64,000 nucleotides of DNA from NCBI GenBank assembly GCA_963725995.1, contig CAVSAX010000012.1, positions 3,329 through 67,328 of the forward strand, read 5' to 3'. The position numbers were made by a program, and so were the translations under genes. Origin of the DNA: an uncultured Acidobacteriaceae bacterium. GTDB taxonomy: Bacteria > Acidobacteriota > Terriglobia > Terriglobales > Acidobacteriaceae. Below the pieces are notes generated by a model that was not told the DNA's origin, did not search any database, and saw only the letters and a list, made by a program, of their open reading frames with translations. Each line of letters opens with the position of its first letter. Positions within the stretch are counted from its first letter, which is position 1. Shown here in pieces: positions 19,458 to 29,234 of this stretch.

Positions 19458-20050
19458 ACGTGCGAACGTCTCTAACTATCTCGCTGCTCCTGTTCGCGTG
19501 CGCGCACGGAAGTGAGCTTCGGGCCCAGATTTCCGCTACTGAGCAGGTTGAATCAGGACAGCTTGATTACGCTGGCAAAACAATGACCTACCGCATTCGG
19601 CGACTCCCACTCTCCGCGTTTCCTGAGCTACCCGCCGCAGTGCGCACCGTGCTGGAGGGGCGCGATTGCATGGTGCCGCAAACCTACGAAGCGCGCCGCC
19701 CGGAAAACGTCGTCCACGGCGAATTCTGGCAGAAGGGAAGCCGCGACTGGGCGGTCCTTTGCTCCCATGAGGGCTCCACTTCACTACTCGTTTTTCGCAG
19801 CAACGCCCTGGCATTGCCCATCGAACTGGAGAGTGGCAAGGATCTCGATCGACTGCAGGCTCGCCTCAACGGTACGCTTGGGTTTGCCTGGGGACTCGAC
19901 CTTGCGGCGCCCGAGACCGTAAGGCGTCTGGTCGGCTCAAAGACTGGCCCGATCGATCACGATGGCATTCAGATGTCAATCGTAGAAAAGTCGTCTGAGA
20001 TTCACTACTACCAGAACGGCAGATGGCTCGAATTCGACGGGCTTGAGTAG
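19454..20050 (+). CDS. Hypothetical exported protein embedded in the fad operon
   Basis: It has a signal peptide (LTISLLLFACAHGSELRAQ). The start (TTG 19454 or GTG 19460) abuts or overlaps the fadN-like stop. I recognised no motif. Confidence 0.5.
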   Translation: MNVRTSLTISLLLFACAHGSELRAQISATEQVESGQLDYAGKTMTYRIRRLPLSAFPELPAAVRTVLEGRDCMVPQTYEARRPENVVHGEFWQKGSRDWAVLCSHEGSTSLLVFRSNALALPIELESGKDLDRLQARLNGTLGFAWGLDLAAPETVRRLVGSKTGPIDHDGIQMSIVEKSSEIHYYQNGRWLEFDGLE

Positions 20051-20078
20051 ATCGCCCGGCAGCAGAAGGGAGCAACTC

Positions 20079-21260
20079 GTGGCAGATGCAGTCATAGTCA
20101 GCACCGTTCGAACAGCGGTAGGCCGCTCTGGAAAAGGCACGCTCGCAACCACGCGCCCAGACGATCTGGGTGCGGTTGCAATCCGCGGTGCACTCGAACG
20201 TGTCCCCGAATTAGACGCCGCGGAAATTGACGACGTCATTCTAGGCTGCGCCATGCCTGAAGCCGAACAGGGCATGAATGTCGCCCGCATATCAAGCCTG
20301 CGCGCCGGACTCCCTGTTGCAGTCTCATCCATGACGGTGAACCGCTTCTGCGCCTCAGGCCTGCAGTCCATCGCTCTCGCGGCGGAACGCATTCGCGGCG
20401 GCAGCGCACAGGCGATAATCGCCGGCGGCACCGAATCCATGAGCATGGTCCCCATGGGTGGCAATAAAATCAGCGCCAATCCATGGCTGGTGGATCACTA
20501 CGCCGACTCCTATCTCAACATGGGCCTCACCGCCGAACGCGTGGCGCAGAAATACGGCATCACCCGCGCGCAGGCAGACGAGTTTTCGCTTGCCAGCCAC
20601 CGCAAAGCACTCGACGCAATTCAGTCTGGCCGCTTCGCCGAGGAAATTGTTCCCGTCACGGTTACAAATACAACGCCGACCGAGAGAGCCCCCAAACCAT
20701 CCACCAAAGAAGCTGTATTTCAGACCGATGAAGGACCGCGTGCCGACACCTCGCTAGAGGCTCTCTCGAAACTGAAGCCTGCTATTCACGCAAGGGGCGT
20801 CGTTACCGCAGGCAACTCCTCACAAACCTCGGACGGCGCAGCAGCATCGGTCGTAATGTCTGCGGATCGCGCCAGCCAGCTGGGCATCAAGCCCCTGGCA
20901 CGATTCGTAGCCTTCGCCACCTGCGGTTGCCTGCCGGAGGAGATGGGCGTCGGCCCGGTCTACGCAATTCCCAAGGCGCTCAAACTTGCAGGACTCACGC
21001 TGGACGATATCGGCCTGATCGAATTAAACGAAGCCTTCGCCGTGCAGTCTCTCGCAGTAATGCAACAACTGGGACTCGATCCCGCCAAAGTAAATGTGAA
21101 TGGAGGAGCCATAGCGCTGGGCCATCCTCTGGGCTGCACCGGCGCCAAGCTCACGGCGACGCTCTTGCACGAGATGAAGCGCCGCGGCGTTCGCTATGGC
21201 ATGGTAACGATGTGCGTCGGCGGCGGCATGGGTGCCGCCGGCATCTTCGAGAATCTATAA
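20079..21260 (+). CDS. fadA: Acetyl-CoA C-acyltransferase (3-ketoacyl-CoA thiolase)
   Basis: [17 protein letters not shown], active-site Cys in [25 protein letters not shown] and [13 protein letters not shown] are present. The GTG start follows GAAGGGAG. Confidence 0.9.
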   Translation: MADAVIVSTVRTAVGRSGKGTLATTRPDDLGAVAIRGALERVPELDAAEIDDVILGCAMPEAEQGMNVARISSLRAGLPVAVSSMTVNRFCASGLQSIALAAERIRGGSAQAIIAGGTESMSMVPMGGNKISANPWLVDHYADSYLNMGLTAERVAQKYGITRAQADEFSLASHRKALDAIQSGRFAEEIVPVTVTNTTPTERAPKPSTKEAVFQTDEGPRADTSLEALSKLKPAIHARGVVTAGNSSQTSDGAAASVVMSADRASQLGIKPLARFVAFATCGCLPEEMGVGPVYAIPKALKLAGLTLDDIGLIELNEAFAVQSLAVMQQLGLDPAKVNVNGGAIALGHPLGCTGAKLTATLLHEMKRRGVRYGMVTMCVGGGMGAAGIFENL

Positions 21261-21285
21261 CCTTCGGGATTCGACCAACTACAGT

Positions 21286-21723
21286 ATGCGTAAACACGTG
21301 GCAACACTGGCGGAACGTTTGAAGACAGGGGTCAACATCCGCCCCCGCACAGTTCTCGTTCCCGCGATCCTGGTGGCGCTTCTACTCATTGCAGCGAATT
21401 TGTGGCAGCCGCATTTAGGAGTTGCACGCGACAGTTGGCCATCGGTGCCGGGCGAGGTTCTGAACACGCGTATTTCTGTAGTTGGCATAGGTGACCGCGC
21501 ATATCGAGGAGGGCAGATCTACTATCGCGCCGAAGCGGAGGTTCTTTTCAAAGTTGATAAAGCAGATCACGACGCGTGGATTCCGGCTTCAAAGCCATAC
21601 TCGAGCCGCGACGAACTTGAATTTTGGTTGTCACAGCAGGACGTTAAAAATTGTATTGTCCGATGGAATCCGCGGAACTTAGGCGACGTCGAAGCCGTCC
21701 TTCAACCACGAGCTATCAGCTAG
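21286..21723 (+). CDS. Hypothetical membrane-anchored protein (DUF3592-like topology) between thiolase and acyl-CoA dehydrogenase
   Basis: It has one N-terminal TM segment (VLVPAILVALLLIAANLW) followed by a ~100-aa soluble part. The family assignment is tentative. Confidence 0.45.
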   Translation: MRKHVATLAERLKTGVNIRPRTVLVPAILVALLLIAANLWQPHLGVARDSWPSVPGEVLNTRISVVGIGDRAYRGGQIYYRAEAEVLFKVDKADHDAWIPASKPYSSRDELEFWLSQQDVKNCIVRWNPRNLGDVEAVLQPRAIS

Positions 21724-21750
21724 CAACGAAGCAACGACCCAGGAGCAATC

Positions 21751-23550
21751 ATGACCACCACAGCAGCCCCCATCGCAAAGCAGGTAGCAGGCGGAAGTTT
21801 CCTGATCGAAAACCGCACGCCGCAGGATGTCTTCACTCCGGAAGACTTCAGTGAAGAGCAGCGTCAGATCGCCGACACCGCCTCGCAGTTTGCCGCAAAT
21901 GAAGTCCTCCCTGCGGCCGATCAACTTGAGGCCAAGAATTTTGAGGTCACACGCGGGCTTCTGCGCAAAGCGGGCGACCTCGGCCTCATGGCCGTAGACA
22001 TTCCCGAAGAGTACGGCGGCCTCGCGATGGATAAGACCACCTCCGCCATCATCGCCGACCGCCTCTCTCTCTATGCCAGCTTCTCGGTTTCCTTCAGCGC
22101 CCACGTGGGCATTGGCACGTTGCCCATCGTCTGGTACGGCACCGAAGAGCAGAAGAAGAAATATCTGCCGCGTCTCGCGAGCGGCGAATGGATCGGCGCG
22201 TACGCGCTCTCCGAGGCAACCTCCGGCTCCGACGCCATGAACGTCCGCACGCGCGCCGAGCTTTCTTCGGACGGCAAGCACTACATCCTCAACGGTGAAA
22301 AAATGTGGATCACCAACGCCGGATTTGCCGACCTCTTCACCGTCTTCGCCAAAGTTGACGGGGAAAAATTCTCTGCGTTCCTCATCGAGCGCGGCACACC
22401 CGGCCTCTCCATCGGCGCAGAGGAGCATAAGCTTGGCATCCGCGGTTCATCCACCTGTCCGCTCATCCTCTCTGACTGCAAAGTGCCCGTCGAGAATCTC
22501 CTCGGCGAAGTAGGCAAGGGCCAGTACATCGCCTTCAACATCCTCAACATTGGCCGCTTCAAGCTCGGCGCGGCCTGTCTTGGCGGAGCGCGCGCCGCGC
22601 TCACCAACAGCATCCGTTACGCCAAGGAGCGCAAGGCTTTCGGCAAGTCCATCGCGGAATTCGGCCTCGTGCAACAGAAGATCGCCGACGGAGCCATCGG
22701 CGTTTTTGTCGGCGAGAGCATGGCCTACCGCACCGTCGGCATGATCGATCAGGCCCTGGCAAACCTTGAGGGCGATGCCGCCCACTCCGCTCGCGAAATT
22801 CAAAAGCGTGTGGAGGAATATGCCGTCGAGTGCTCCATCCTCAAAGTCTGGGGTTCGGAGATGCTGGACATGGTCGTTGACCACACCGTGCAGATCTACG
22901 CCGGGTACGGCTATGTCGAGGAGTATCCCGCCGAGCGCGCCTATCGTGATTCGCGTATCAACCGAATCTTCGAGGGCACCAACGAAATCAATCGCCTGAT
23001 CATTACCGGATGGCTCATGAAGCGCGCGATGTCGGGCCAGCTTGCCCTTATGCCCGCAATCTCAAAGCTGATGGAAGAGGTCACTGCACCACCCTCCTTC
23101 GACGATAGCGGCAGCTCCGACGATCCCCTCGCCGCTGAAGTGAACCTGCTTGCCAGCGCCAAAAAGATCACGCTCTTTGCAGCTGGAGCAGCCTCGCAGA
23201 AATACATGGCGGCCCTCGTCGACGAGCAGGAAGTGATGGGCGAACTGGCCGACATGCTCATCCAGGTCTACTCGTTTGAGTCGGCGTTGCTGCGAGCGCA
23301 AAAGCTGGGCGCCTCCGGCTCAGCCTCGGCCAGCCTTGCGCAGGCCATCGTCAAGGTTCACGCGGAGCACTGCTTCTCGGCCATCGAAACCGCCGCTCGG
23401 CGGGTACTCTCCGCAGTTGCCGAGGGCGACATGCTTCGCACCCAGCTGGCCATCTTCCGTCGGTTGTCGAAACACACTTCGCCGAATACCGTTGCGCTCA
23501 ACCGCGTGGTTGCCCGCGCTATGATCGACGCAGGGAGGTATGCCATCTAA
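21751..23550 (+). CDS. Long-type acyl-CoA dehydrogenase
   Basis: The protein is 599 aa. GAYALSEATSGSDAM, the FAD/substrate core and QIYAGYGYVEEYPAERAYRDSRINRIFEGTNEI are present. Confidence 0.9.
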   Translation: MTTTAAPIAKQVAGGSFLIENRTPQDVFTPEDFSEEQRQIADTASQFAANEVLPAADQLEAKNFEVTRGLLRKAGDLGLMAVDIPEEYGGLAMDKTTSAIIADRLSLYASFSVSFSAHVGIGTLPIVWYGTEEQKKKYLPRLASGEWIGAYALSEATSGSDAMNVRTRAELSSDGKHYILNGEKMWITNAGFADLFTVFAKVDGEKFSAFLIERGTPGLSIGAEEHKLGIRGSSTCPLILSDCKVPVENLLGEVGKGQYIAFNILNIGRFKLGAACLGGARAALTNSIRYAKERKAFGKSIAEFGLVQQKIADGAIGVFVGESMAYRTVGMIDQALANLEGDAAHSAREIQKRVEEYAVECSILKVWGSEMLDMVVDHTVQIYAGYGYVEEYPAERAYRDSRINRIFEGTNEINRLIITGWLMKRAMSGQLALMPAISKLMEEVTAPPSFDDSGSSDDPLAAEVNLLASAKKITLFAAGAASQKYMAALVDEQEVMGELADMLIQVYSFESALLRAQKLGASGSASASLAQAIVKVHAEHCFSAIETAARRVLSAVAEGDMLRTQLAIFRRLSKHTSPNTVALNRVVARAMIDAGRYAI

Positions 23551-23730
23551 CGCAATTCGACGCCAAGGCCAGCTGAGCCAAACTCGAATTCTGAGCCTTT
23601 AGCCACTTCGCAACAGAATGAGCCGGCCGACAGGTCCAGCAGTATCATTGTGTCAACCGGTCACGGTCGTTGTGCGCGGCATCGTGGCAGCGTATTCTCA
23701 TCTTCAGGCATCTATAAGCGTGGCAGTAGT

Positions 23731-23760
23731 TTGCCGCGTCAATTTGGCGCTTGGTATGAT
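23731..23760 (+). promoter_or_regulatory. Candidate promoter for the YtxH-like gene
   Basis: TTGCCG (23731-23736), an 18-nt spacer and an extended -10 TGGTATGAT (-10 hexamer at 23755-23760). The site is ~45 nt upstream of ATG 23803. Confidence 0.3.
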
Positions 23761-23802
23761 CTATAGCTTCAAATGCCATTTACGGGCACCTAGGAGAAAT
23801 GT

Positions 23803-24201
23803 ATGTCAGACGAAAATCAGAGCGGCAGCGGCTTTAGCTGGTTCATTGCTGGTCTTGGCATTGGAGCCTTGATCGGCGTTCTGTATGCGCCCAAAGCGGG
23901 TAGCGAGACAAGGGACGACATCGCCGCCCAGGCTCGCGAAAAATCCGAATATCTCAAACAGCGTTCCAAGGAAGCTGCCGAACAGGCTAGCATCTTTGCC
24001 GATCGCGCGAAAACACAGGCCGGTCAATATGTGGACCGCGGCAAGGAATATGTCGATCGTGGCCGCGCGCAGTGGGAAGACTTCGTCGACAAGAGCAAGG
24101 GCTTTGTAGGACAACAGACTGATAAGGTTGCGGCTGCAGTAGATGCAGGCAAGCAGGCTTACAAGTCCTCAACCGAGCCTTCTGAACCAACCCACTTCTA
24201 G
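23803..24201 (+). CDS. YtxH domain-containing protein
   Basis: The N-terminus FIAGLGIGALIGVLYAPKAGSETRDDI is typical of YtxH. The rest is charged and helical. Confidence 0.65.
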   Translation: MSDENQSGSGFSWFIAGLGIGALIGVLYAPKAGSETRDDIAAQAREKSEYLKQRSKEAAEQASIFADRAKTQAGQYVDRGKEYVDRGRAQWEDFVDKSKGFVGQQTDKVAAAVDAGKQAYKSSTEPSEPTHF

Positions 24202-24255
24202 AGCAGCGCTGGGTCAGTTGAATCTGAGGAATGCCAATCGAGAGGCCTGAACGAC

Positions 24256-24771
24256 ATGCAGCAATGGACACCGCAAGACACCGTCATCGCTATCTTCACG
24301 GCCATCAGCTCGATTGGCATTCTCCTCCAGGCCATTGTGCTCGTCAGTGTCTACTTTGGCCTCCGCAAGGCAATTGTCCAGGTCACCAAACTCGTTGAGG
24401 AGGCCCGCGAGCACGTCGTCCCCCTCCTCGCCACCTCGCGCAGCGTCGCCGACGATCTCTCTCCGAAGATCAAGGTGATGGCCACCAACATCACGGAAGT
24501 CACACACTCGGTTCGCAGCCAGACTGCGCACATCAACAGTGCCGTGGATGACGTCGTGAACCGCTCGCAAAAACAAGCCGCCCGCGTGGACGGCATGGTA
24601 ACCGGGACCCTGGACGGCATCAACACGGCCACGGCCAGCGTGAAGGAAGGCATCTCCGCTCCCGTGCGCCAGGTAAGCGGCTTCGTCAATGGCCTGCGAG
24701 CTGCGCTCGACGTACTCCTGCAGCGCGAACGGCCACACCACTCCAAGGCCGACAGCGACCTCTTCGTTTAG
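24256..24771 (+). CDS. Hypothetical membrane protein (DUF948-like)
   Basis: It has an N-terminal TM segment (VIAIFTAISSIGILLQAIVLVSVYF) and a helical repeat-like remainder. It sits next to the YtxH gene, a common pairing. Confidence 0.5.
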   Translation: MQQWTPQDTVIAIFTAISSIGILLQAIVLVSVYFGLRKAIVQVTKLVEEAREHVVPLLATSRSVADDLSPKIKVMATNITEVTHSVRSQTAHINSAVDDVVNRSQKQAARVDGMVTGTLDGINTATASVKEGISAPVRQVSGFVNGLRAALDVLLQRERPHHSKADSDLFV

Positions 24772-24811
24772 CACTCACTGTTGATTGAAGTAGCGCAGAA
24801 CCGAACTGCGC

Positions 24812-25924
24812 CTAGACGATCCAGCCGCCGCCGACAACCTCATCGTCGGAGTAGAAAACCGCAGCCTGTCCCGGCGTCACAGCCCGCGCCGGCTCGTCGA
24901 AGGTGGCTGTCACTTCGTCCTCAGCTGTCATCCGAATAGTGGCCCACGCCGGCTCGAAGCGATGCCGAATCTTTACCTGGACGCGCATCTCGCCGTTCAA
25001 CTCCGCAATCGAGATCCAGTTCAGCTGCCGCGCGCGCAACGCCTTCGTTGCCAGGTCCGCCTCGGCTCCCACTGTGACGCGATGCGACTCACTGTCAATC
25101 TGGATCACGTACAGCGGCGTCGGCGAGGAGACACCAAGCCCCTTCCGCTGGCCTACAGTGAAGTTGTGAATGCCTTCGTGCTGGCCCAGCACCTCACCCG
25201 CTGTTGTTACCAAGTCACCTGCAGAGTCAGGGAATGCTTCCCCCTGCTCCTCCAGGTATGCCTCCATAAATCGCTTGTAGTCCCCCCCGGGAACAAAGCA
25301 GATCTCCTGCGAATCGGGCTTGGCGGCCAGCGCCAGTCCCGCTTCCTGCGCAATCTCGCGCACCCGCGGCTTGCTGTAATTGCCCAGCGGAAAGATGGTT
25401 CGCGACAGCTGCTCCTGCGTCAGACCGAAGAGAAAATAAGTCTGGTCCTTGGCCTTGTCAGCCGGACGCTTCAATATCCATCGGCCCCGCTTCGCATCGA
25501 AATCATTGCGCGCATAGTGCCCGGTAGCAATTTGCTCCGCGCCAATCTGCCGCGCCGTAAGCAAAAGCTGGTCAAACTTCAAATGGTTGTTGCACAGCGA
25601 GCAGGGAATTGGCGTCCGCCCGGCGAGATACTCGCTCACAAAGGGCTTCACGACATCGCGCTCAAATCGCTCCTGCTGATTCACCACATAGTACGGAATC
25701 CCTAATTCCTCGGCCACGTGCCGCGCATCGTACACATCGTCAATGGAGCAACAGCGACCCTGGACCTGCTCCGGCATGCCTTCCTTACCGGCCAGCCGCC
25801 GCTGGTTCCACAACTGCAGCGTCAGCCCCACCAGCGTGTAGCCCTCCGCCTTCAGCATCGCCGCAACGGTGGATGAATCCACACCTCCCGACATCGCCAC
25901 TGCTATGGTCTTCGTATCGCTCAC
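24812..25924 (-). CDS. mnmA: tRNA 2-thiouridine(34) synthase
   Basis: The PP-loop IAVAMSGGVDSS and the conserved PCSLCNNHLKF are present. The GTG start overlaps the stop of the desulfurase gene (GTGA). Confidence 0.9.
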   Translation of the reverse strand: MSDTKTIAVAMSGGVDSSTVAAMLKAEGYTLVGLTLQLWNQRRLAGKEGMPEQVQGRCCSIDDVYDARHVAEELGIPYYVVNQQERFERDVVKPFVSEYLAGRTPIPCSLCNNHLKFDQLLLTARQIGAEQIATGHYARNDFDAKRGRWILKRPADKAKDQTYFLFGLTQEQLSRTIFPLGNYSKPRVREIAQEAGLALAAKPDSQEICFVPGGDYKRFMEAYLEEQGEAFPDSAGDLVTTAGEVLGQHEGIHNFTVGQRKGLGVSSPTPLYVIQIDSESHRVTVGAEADLATKALRARQLNWISIAELNGEMRVQVKIRHRFEPAWATIRMTAEDEVTATFDEPARAVTPGQAAVFYSDDEVVGGGWIV

Positions 25925-27129
25925 AGGGCGCTCCCACCATTCGCGATTCCCGCAAGCTTCCGGCTGTTGTACACGGGAGATAGCTCGCGCAGCCGCGCCA
26001 CCGCCTGCGGTACGAGGGCGACGGCAAAGTCCACGTCTTCCACCGTGGATGTCTTCATCAGGCTGAAGCGTATGCTGGCCCGCGCACGATCCTCTGGCAG
26101 ACCCATCGCCTTTAGCACCGGCGAGGGTTCTGTCGCGCCAGACTGGCAGGCCGACCCGCCCGATACCGCCAGCCCCTTCAAATCCAGCGCAATCACCAGC
26201 GCCTCCGCCTCTACATGGTCAAACCAGATGTTCGTCGTATTCGCCACACGCGGCACGTCACCGCCATTCACGCCGGCCTCGTCCACGCTCACCAGGATTT
26301 CAGACTGCAGCCGGTCGCGCAGCGCGCCAATCTTTGCTGGAACGCCCTCCGCAAGCCCGCGCATAGCCACTTCGGCCGCCTTGCCCAAGCCCACGATCCC
26401 CGGCAGATTCTCCGTTCCCGCGCGGCGCTGGCGTTCGTGCGTGCCGCCAAAAAGTAGTGGCTCAATCTGCGTTCCTCGGCGAATGTACAGTGCTCCGGTC
26501 CCTTGCGGCGCGTGCAGCTTGTGCCCTGAGATGGTTAGCAAATCGCAGCCAATCGCCCTTACATCCAGCGGCATCTTTGCAACCGCCTGTACCGCGTCGG
26601 TGTGGAAGGGGACGCGCGCCTCCCGCGCAATCGCGCCAATCTCCACCACCGGCTGCAGCACGCCTGTCTCGTTATTGGCCATCATCACGCTTATCAACCG
26701 CGTCTGCGGCCGCAGCGCTCGCCGCACGTCCTCAGGATCGACCACCCCTGCGGGCGAAACGGGAAGCACTGTTACCTCGACGCCTCGGTCGCGCAGACGG
26801 TCCGCCGAGTGCAGCACGGCGCTGTGCTCAACTGCGCTGATAATCAGGTGATCGCCCGGCTTTATCCCGCTCTGGCTCAATAACATACCAAACAACGCCA
26901 GGTTATCGCCCTCCGTCCCGCCGCTGGTAAATACGATCTCCGCGGCCCGGCAGCCCAGCAGCGTCGCCACGGCCTCGCGCGCGTGATCCACCGCTGCCCG
27001 CGCCCGCTGCCCATGGAAGTGTATCGATGATGCATTTCCGAATTGCTCGTCAAACCACGGACGCATCGCCTCCATTACCTCCGGCAACACTGGGGTTGTG
27101 GCATTCGCGTCCATGTAAACACGGTGCAT
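25921..27129 (-). CDS. Cysteine desulfurase (NifS/IscS class)
   Basis: The PLP-Lys region is SGHKLHAPQGTGALY and the catalytic Cys loop is SGGSACQSGATEPS. Confidence 0.85.
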   Translation of the reverse strand: MHRVYMDANATTPVLPEVMEAMRPWFDEQFGNASSIHFHGQRARAAVDHAREAVATLLGCRAAEIVFTSGGTEGDNLALFGMLLSQSGIKPGDHLIISAVEHSAVLHSADRLRDRGVEVTVLPVSPAGVVDPEDVRRALRPQTRLISVMMANNETGVLQPVVEIGAIAREARVPFHTDAVQAVAKMPLDVRAIGCDLLTISGHKLHAPQGTGALYIRRGTQIEPLLFGGTHERQRRAGTENLPGIVGLGKAAEVAMRGLAEGVPAKIGALRDRLQSEILVSVDEAGVNGGDVPRVANTTNIWFDHVEAEALVIALDLKGLAVSGGSACQSGATEPSPVLKAMGLPEDRARASIRFSLMKTSTVEDVDFAVALVPQAVARLRELSPVYNSRKLAGIANGGSAL

Positions 27130-27274
27130 AAGGGATTCTCCGAGTATCTATTCTACGGTCTTTCGGCACCTGCCGGCTGCGTCCTGTCACAAACTGGGGA
27201 CCGGTCTGGCCTCCCCGCAGCCCAATCTGCTACGCTTTCACCCGCACCACACCGCACCCCCGGAGGGTATGTAA

Positions 27275-27838
27275 TTGAAGACTTTAAGCAGATTTGCCAG
27301 TCTCCTACTGTGTTGCACACTCGCAAGCCCGGTGCTGGCCATAGCGCAGGCCAAGCCGGACGCACCGCCCGTGGGATCCAAGGTTCCACCCGCCCAGACC
27401 TACGGCAAACTGCTCGGCAACTTTGAGAATGAGATCGTCGGCGCGGCAGAGGCCATGCCCGAGGATAAGTTCAACTTTGCGCCTACCCAGGGCGAGTACA
27501 AGGGAGTGCGCACCTTTGCCGAGCAGGTCAAACACATCGCCGAGTCCAATTATTATTTCTTTGGCGGATTCGCCGGCACCGATGAGAAAGGTGGCGCCTA
27601 CATCGAGAAGCTCACCACCAAGGCAGACATCGTAAAGGCGCTCAAGGACTCCTTCGCCATGGCCCATAAAGCGGTCGACTCAATCACAGCCGACAACGCA
27701 TTTGAGATGACTAAGACGGGCACTCGAGCTGGAATGATCGCCTTCGGCCTCGCGCATTGCATGGATCACTATGGCCAGATGGTCGAGTATCTGCGCATGA
27801 GCGGTATCGTGCCCCCGGCAAGCCGCGGCAACGGATAG
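27275..27838 (+). CDS. DinB-superfamily protein with signal peptide
   Basis: Signal peptide MKTLSRFASLLLCCTLASPVLAIAQA is followed by four-helix-bundle His positions (HIAESNYY, HCMDHYGQMVEYLR). Confidence 0.6.
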   Translation: MKTLSRFASLLLCCTLASPVLAIAQAKPDAPPVGSKVPPAQTYGKLLGNFENEIVGAAEAMPEDKFNFAPTQGEYKGVRTFAEQVKHIAESNYYFFGGFAGTDEKGGAYIEKLTTKADIVKALKDSFAMAHKAVDSITADNAFEMTKTGTRAGMIAFGLAHCMDHYGQMVEYLRMSGIVPPASRGNG

Positions 27839-27853
27839 CAGCAGGAGTGTGAA

Positions 27854-27880
27854 GCGGGGCGCGAGAGAAGCGCGCCCTGC
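27854..27880. terminator. GC-rich hairpin between the convergent DinB-like and citrate synthase genes
   Basis: GCGGGGCGCG-AGAGAAG-CGCGCCCTGC forms a 10-bp stem with one mismatch. There is no clear U tract. Confidence 0.4.
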
Positions 27881-27883
27881 TCT

Positions 27884-29017
27884 CTATCTCTCGGTCATCG
27901 GTATATAAGGAGCCGGATAGGCCGGTCCGATATATTCAGCCCGTGGACGGATCAGGCGATTGTCATCCAGTTGCTCGATCACGTGGGCTGCCCAGCCTGC
28001 AATCCTGCTAACTGCGAAGATCGGCGTAAACAGATCCAGATCGATTCCCAGTGTTGTATACGTCGATGCGGAGTAGAAGTCCACGTTTGCGTTCAGCTTC
28101 TTCTCTTTCAGGATGTACTGCTCAATCTTGCTCGACATCTCAAACCACTTGGGATTACCCGACGCCCTGCCCAGGCTCTCTGACATTTTGCGCAGATGCG
28201 TCGCCCGCGGATCTTCGGTGTGATACACGCGATGCCCGAAGCCCATGACCTTCTTCTTCTCCGCCAGCATCTTCTTCACATGCTCCACCGGATCGTCGCC
28301 CTCTTTATCAATCGAGAACAACAGCCGCATCACAGCTTCATTTGCGCCGCCGTGCAGCGGTCCCTTCAGCGCGCCAATCGCGCCTGTAATAGCGGAGTGA
28401 ATATCTGACAGCGTTGCTGCAATCACGCGTGCAGCAAAGGTTGAAGCGTTCAGCTCATGATCGGCATGCAGGATCAGCGCGATATCAAGCGCCCGCGTTG
28501 CCGTCTCGATGGGCTTCTCGCCGTTCAGCATCCATAGGAAATTGCCGGCATGGGAGAGTGACTTGTCCGGCTCAATAATCGGCAGATCCTTGCGAATCCG
28601 GTCATAGATCGCCACCACCATCGCAATCTGTGCAGTCAGGTGGAAGCTCTTGCGAATATTGGAGCTGTGATTATTTAGCTTCTCGTCTTCATCGTAAAAA
28701 CTCAGCGCGGAGACTGCCGTGCGCAGCACCTCCATCGGCGTGGCCTTGCGAGGGAAGCGCCGCATCATATCCACGATTCCCGGATCGAGCACGCGCGCTT
28801 CCGCCAGGTCGAGGTTGAACTGTGCCAGCTCTTCCTTATTGGGCAGGCGGCCATTCCACAACAGGAATGTGGTCTCTTCAAAAGTCGACTTCTCAGCCAG
28901 TTCATGGATGTCGATGCCGCGATACGCCAGCACACCCGCGTCTCCGTCAATCCAGCAGATCCCGGAGTTCGCTGCGACAATACCTTCCAGACCTTTTACC
29001 GCGACCGAAGTCGACAT
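27884..29017 (-). CDS. Citrate synthase (short, ~377-aa type)
   Basis: The signature GFGHRVYHTEDPRA is present, along with LHADHELNAST and a conserved C-terminal region. Confidence 0.9.
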   Translation of the reverse strand: MSTSVAVKGLEGIVAANSGICWIDGDAGVLAYRGIDIHELAEKSTFEETTFLLWNGRLPNKEELAQFNLDLAEARVLDPGIVDMMRRFPRKATPMEVLRTAVSALSFYDEDEKLNNHSSNIRKSFHLTAQIAMVVAIYDRIRKDLPIIEPDKSLSHAGNFLWMLNGEKPIETATRALDIALILHADHELNASTFAARVIAATLSDIHSAITGAIGALKGPLHGGANEAVMRLLFSIDKEGDDPVEHVKKMLAEKKKVMGFGHRVYHTEDPRATHLRKMSESLGRASGNPKWFEMSSKIEQYILKEKKLNANVDFYSASTYTTLGIDLDLFTPIFAVSRIAGWAAHVIEQLDDNRLIRPRAEYIGPAYPAPYIPMTER

Positions 29018-29234
29018 ATCTTGCTCTCCTGTAAATGGCTTCGTTTGTTATGATTCGCGCTTAAAATAATCGGCCGGCGCGAGAGCCGATTCACGGTCTT
29101 GCGAACTGAACGGCGCTCCGGCAGCAGCTTTCAAATATCTTTGATTTATAGCTCAGCGCCTCGCCATTGTCACTTGCAGGATTAGACTTCGCCGCGAGCC
29201 GCGAGGTTGCGAGGGCAACTCCCGGCCGTCCAAA

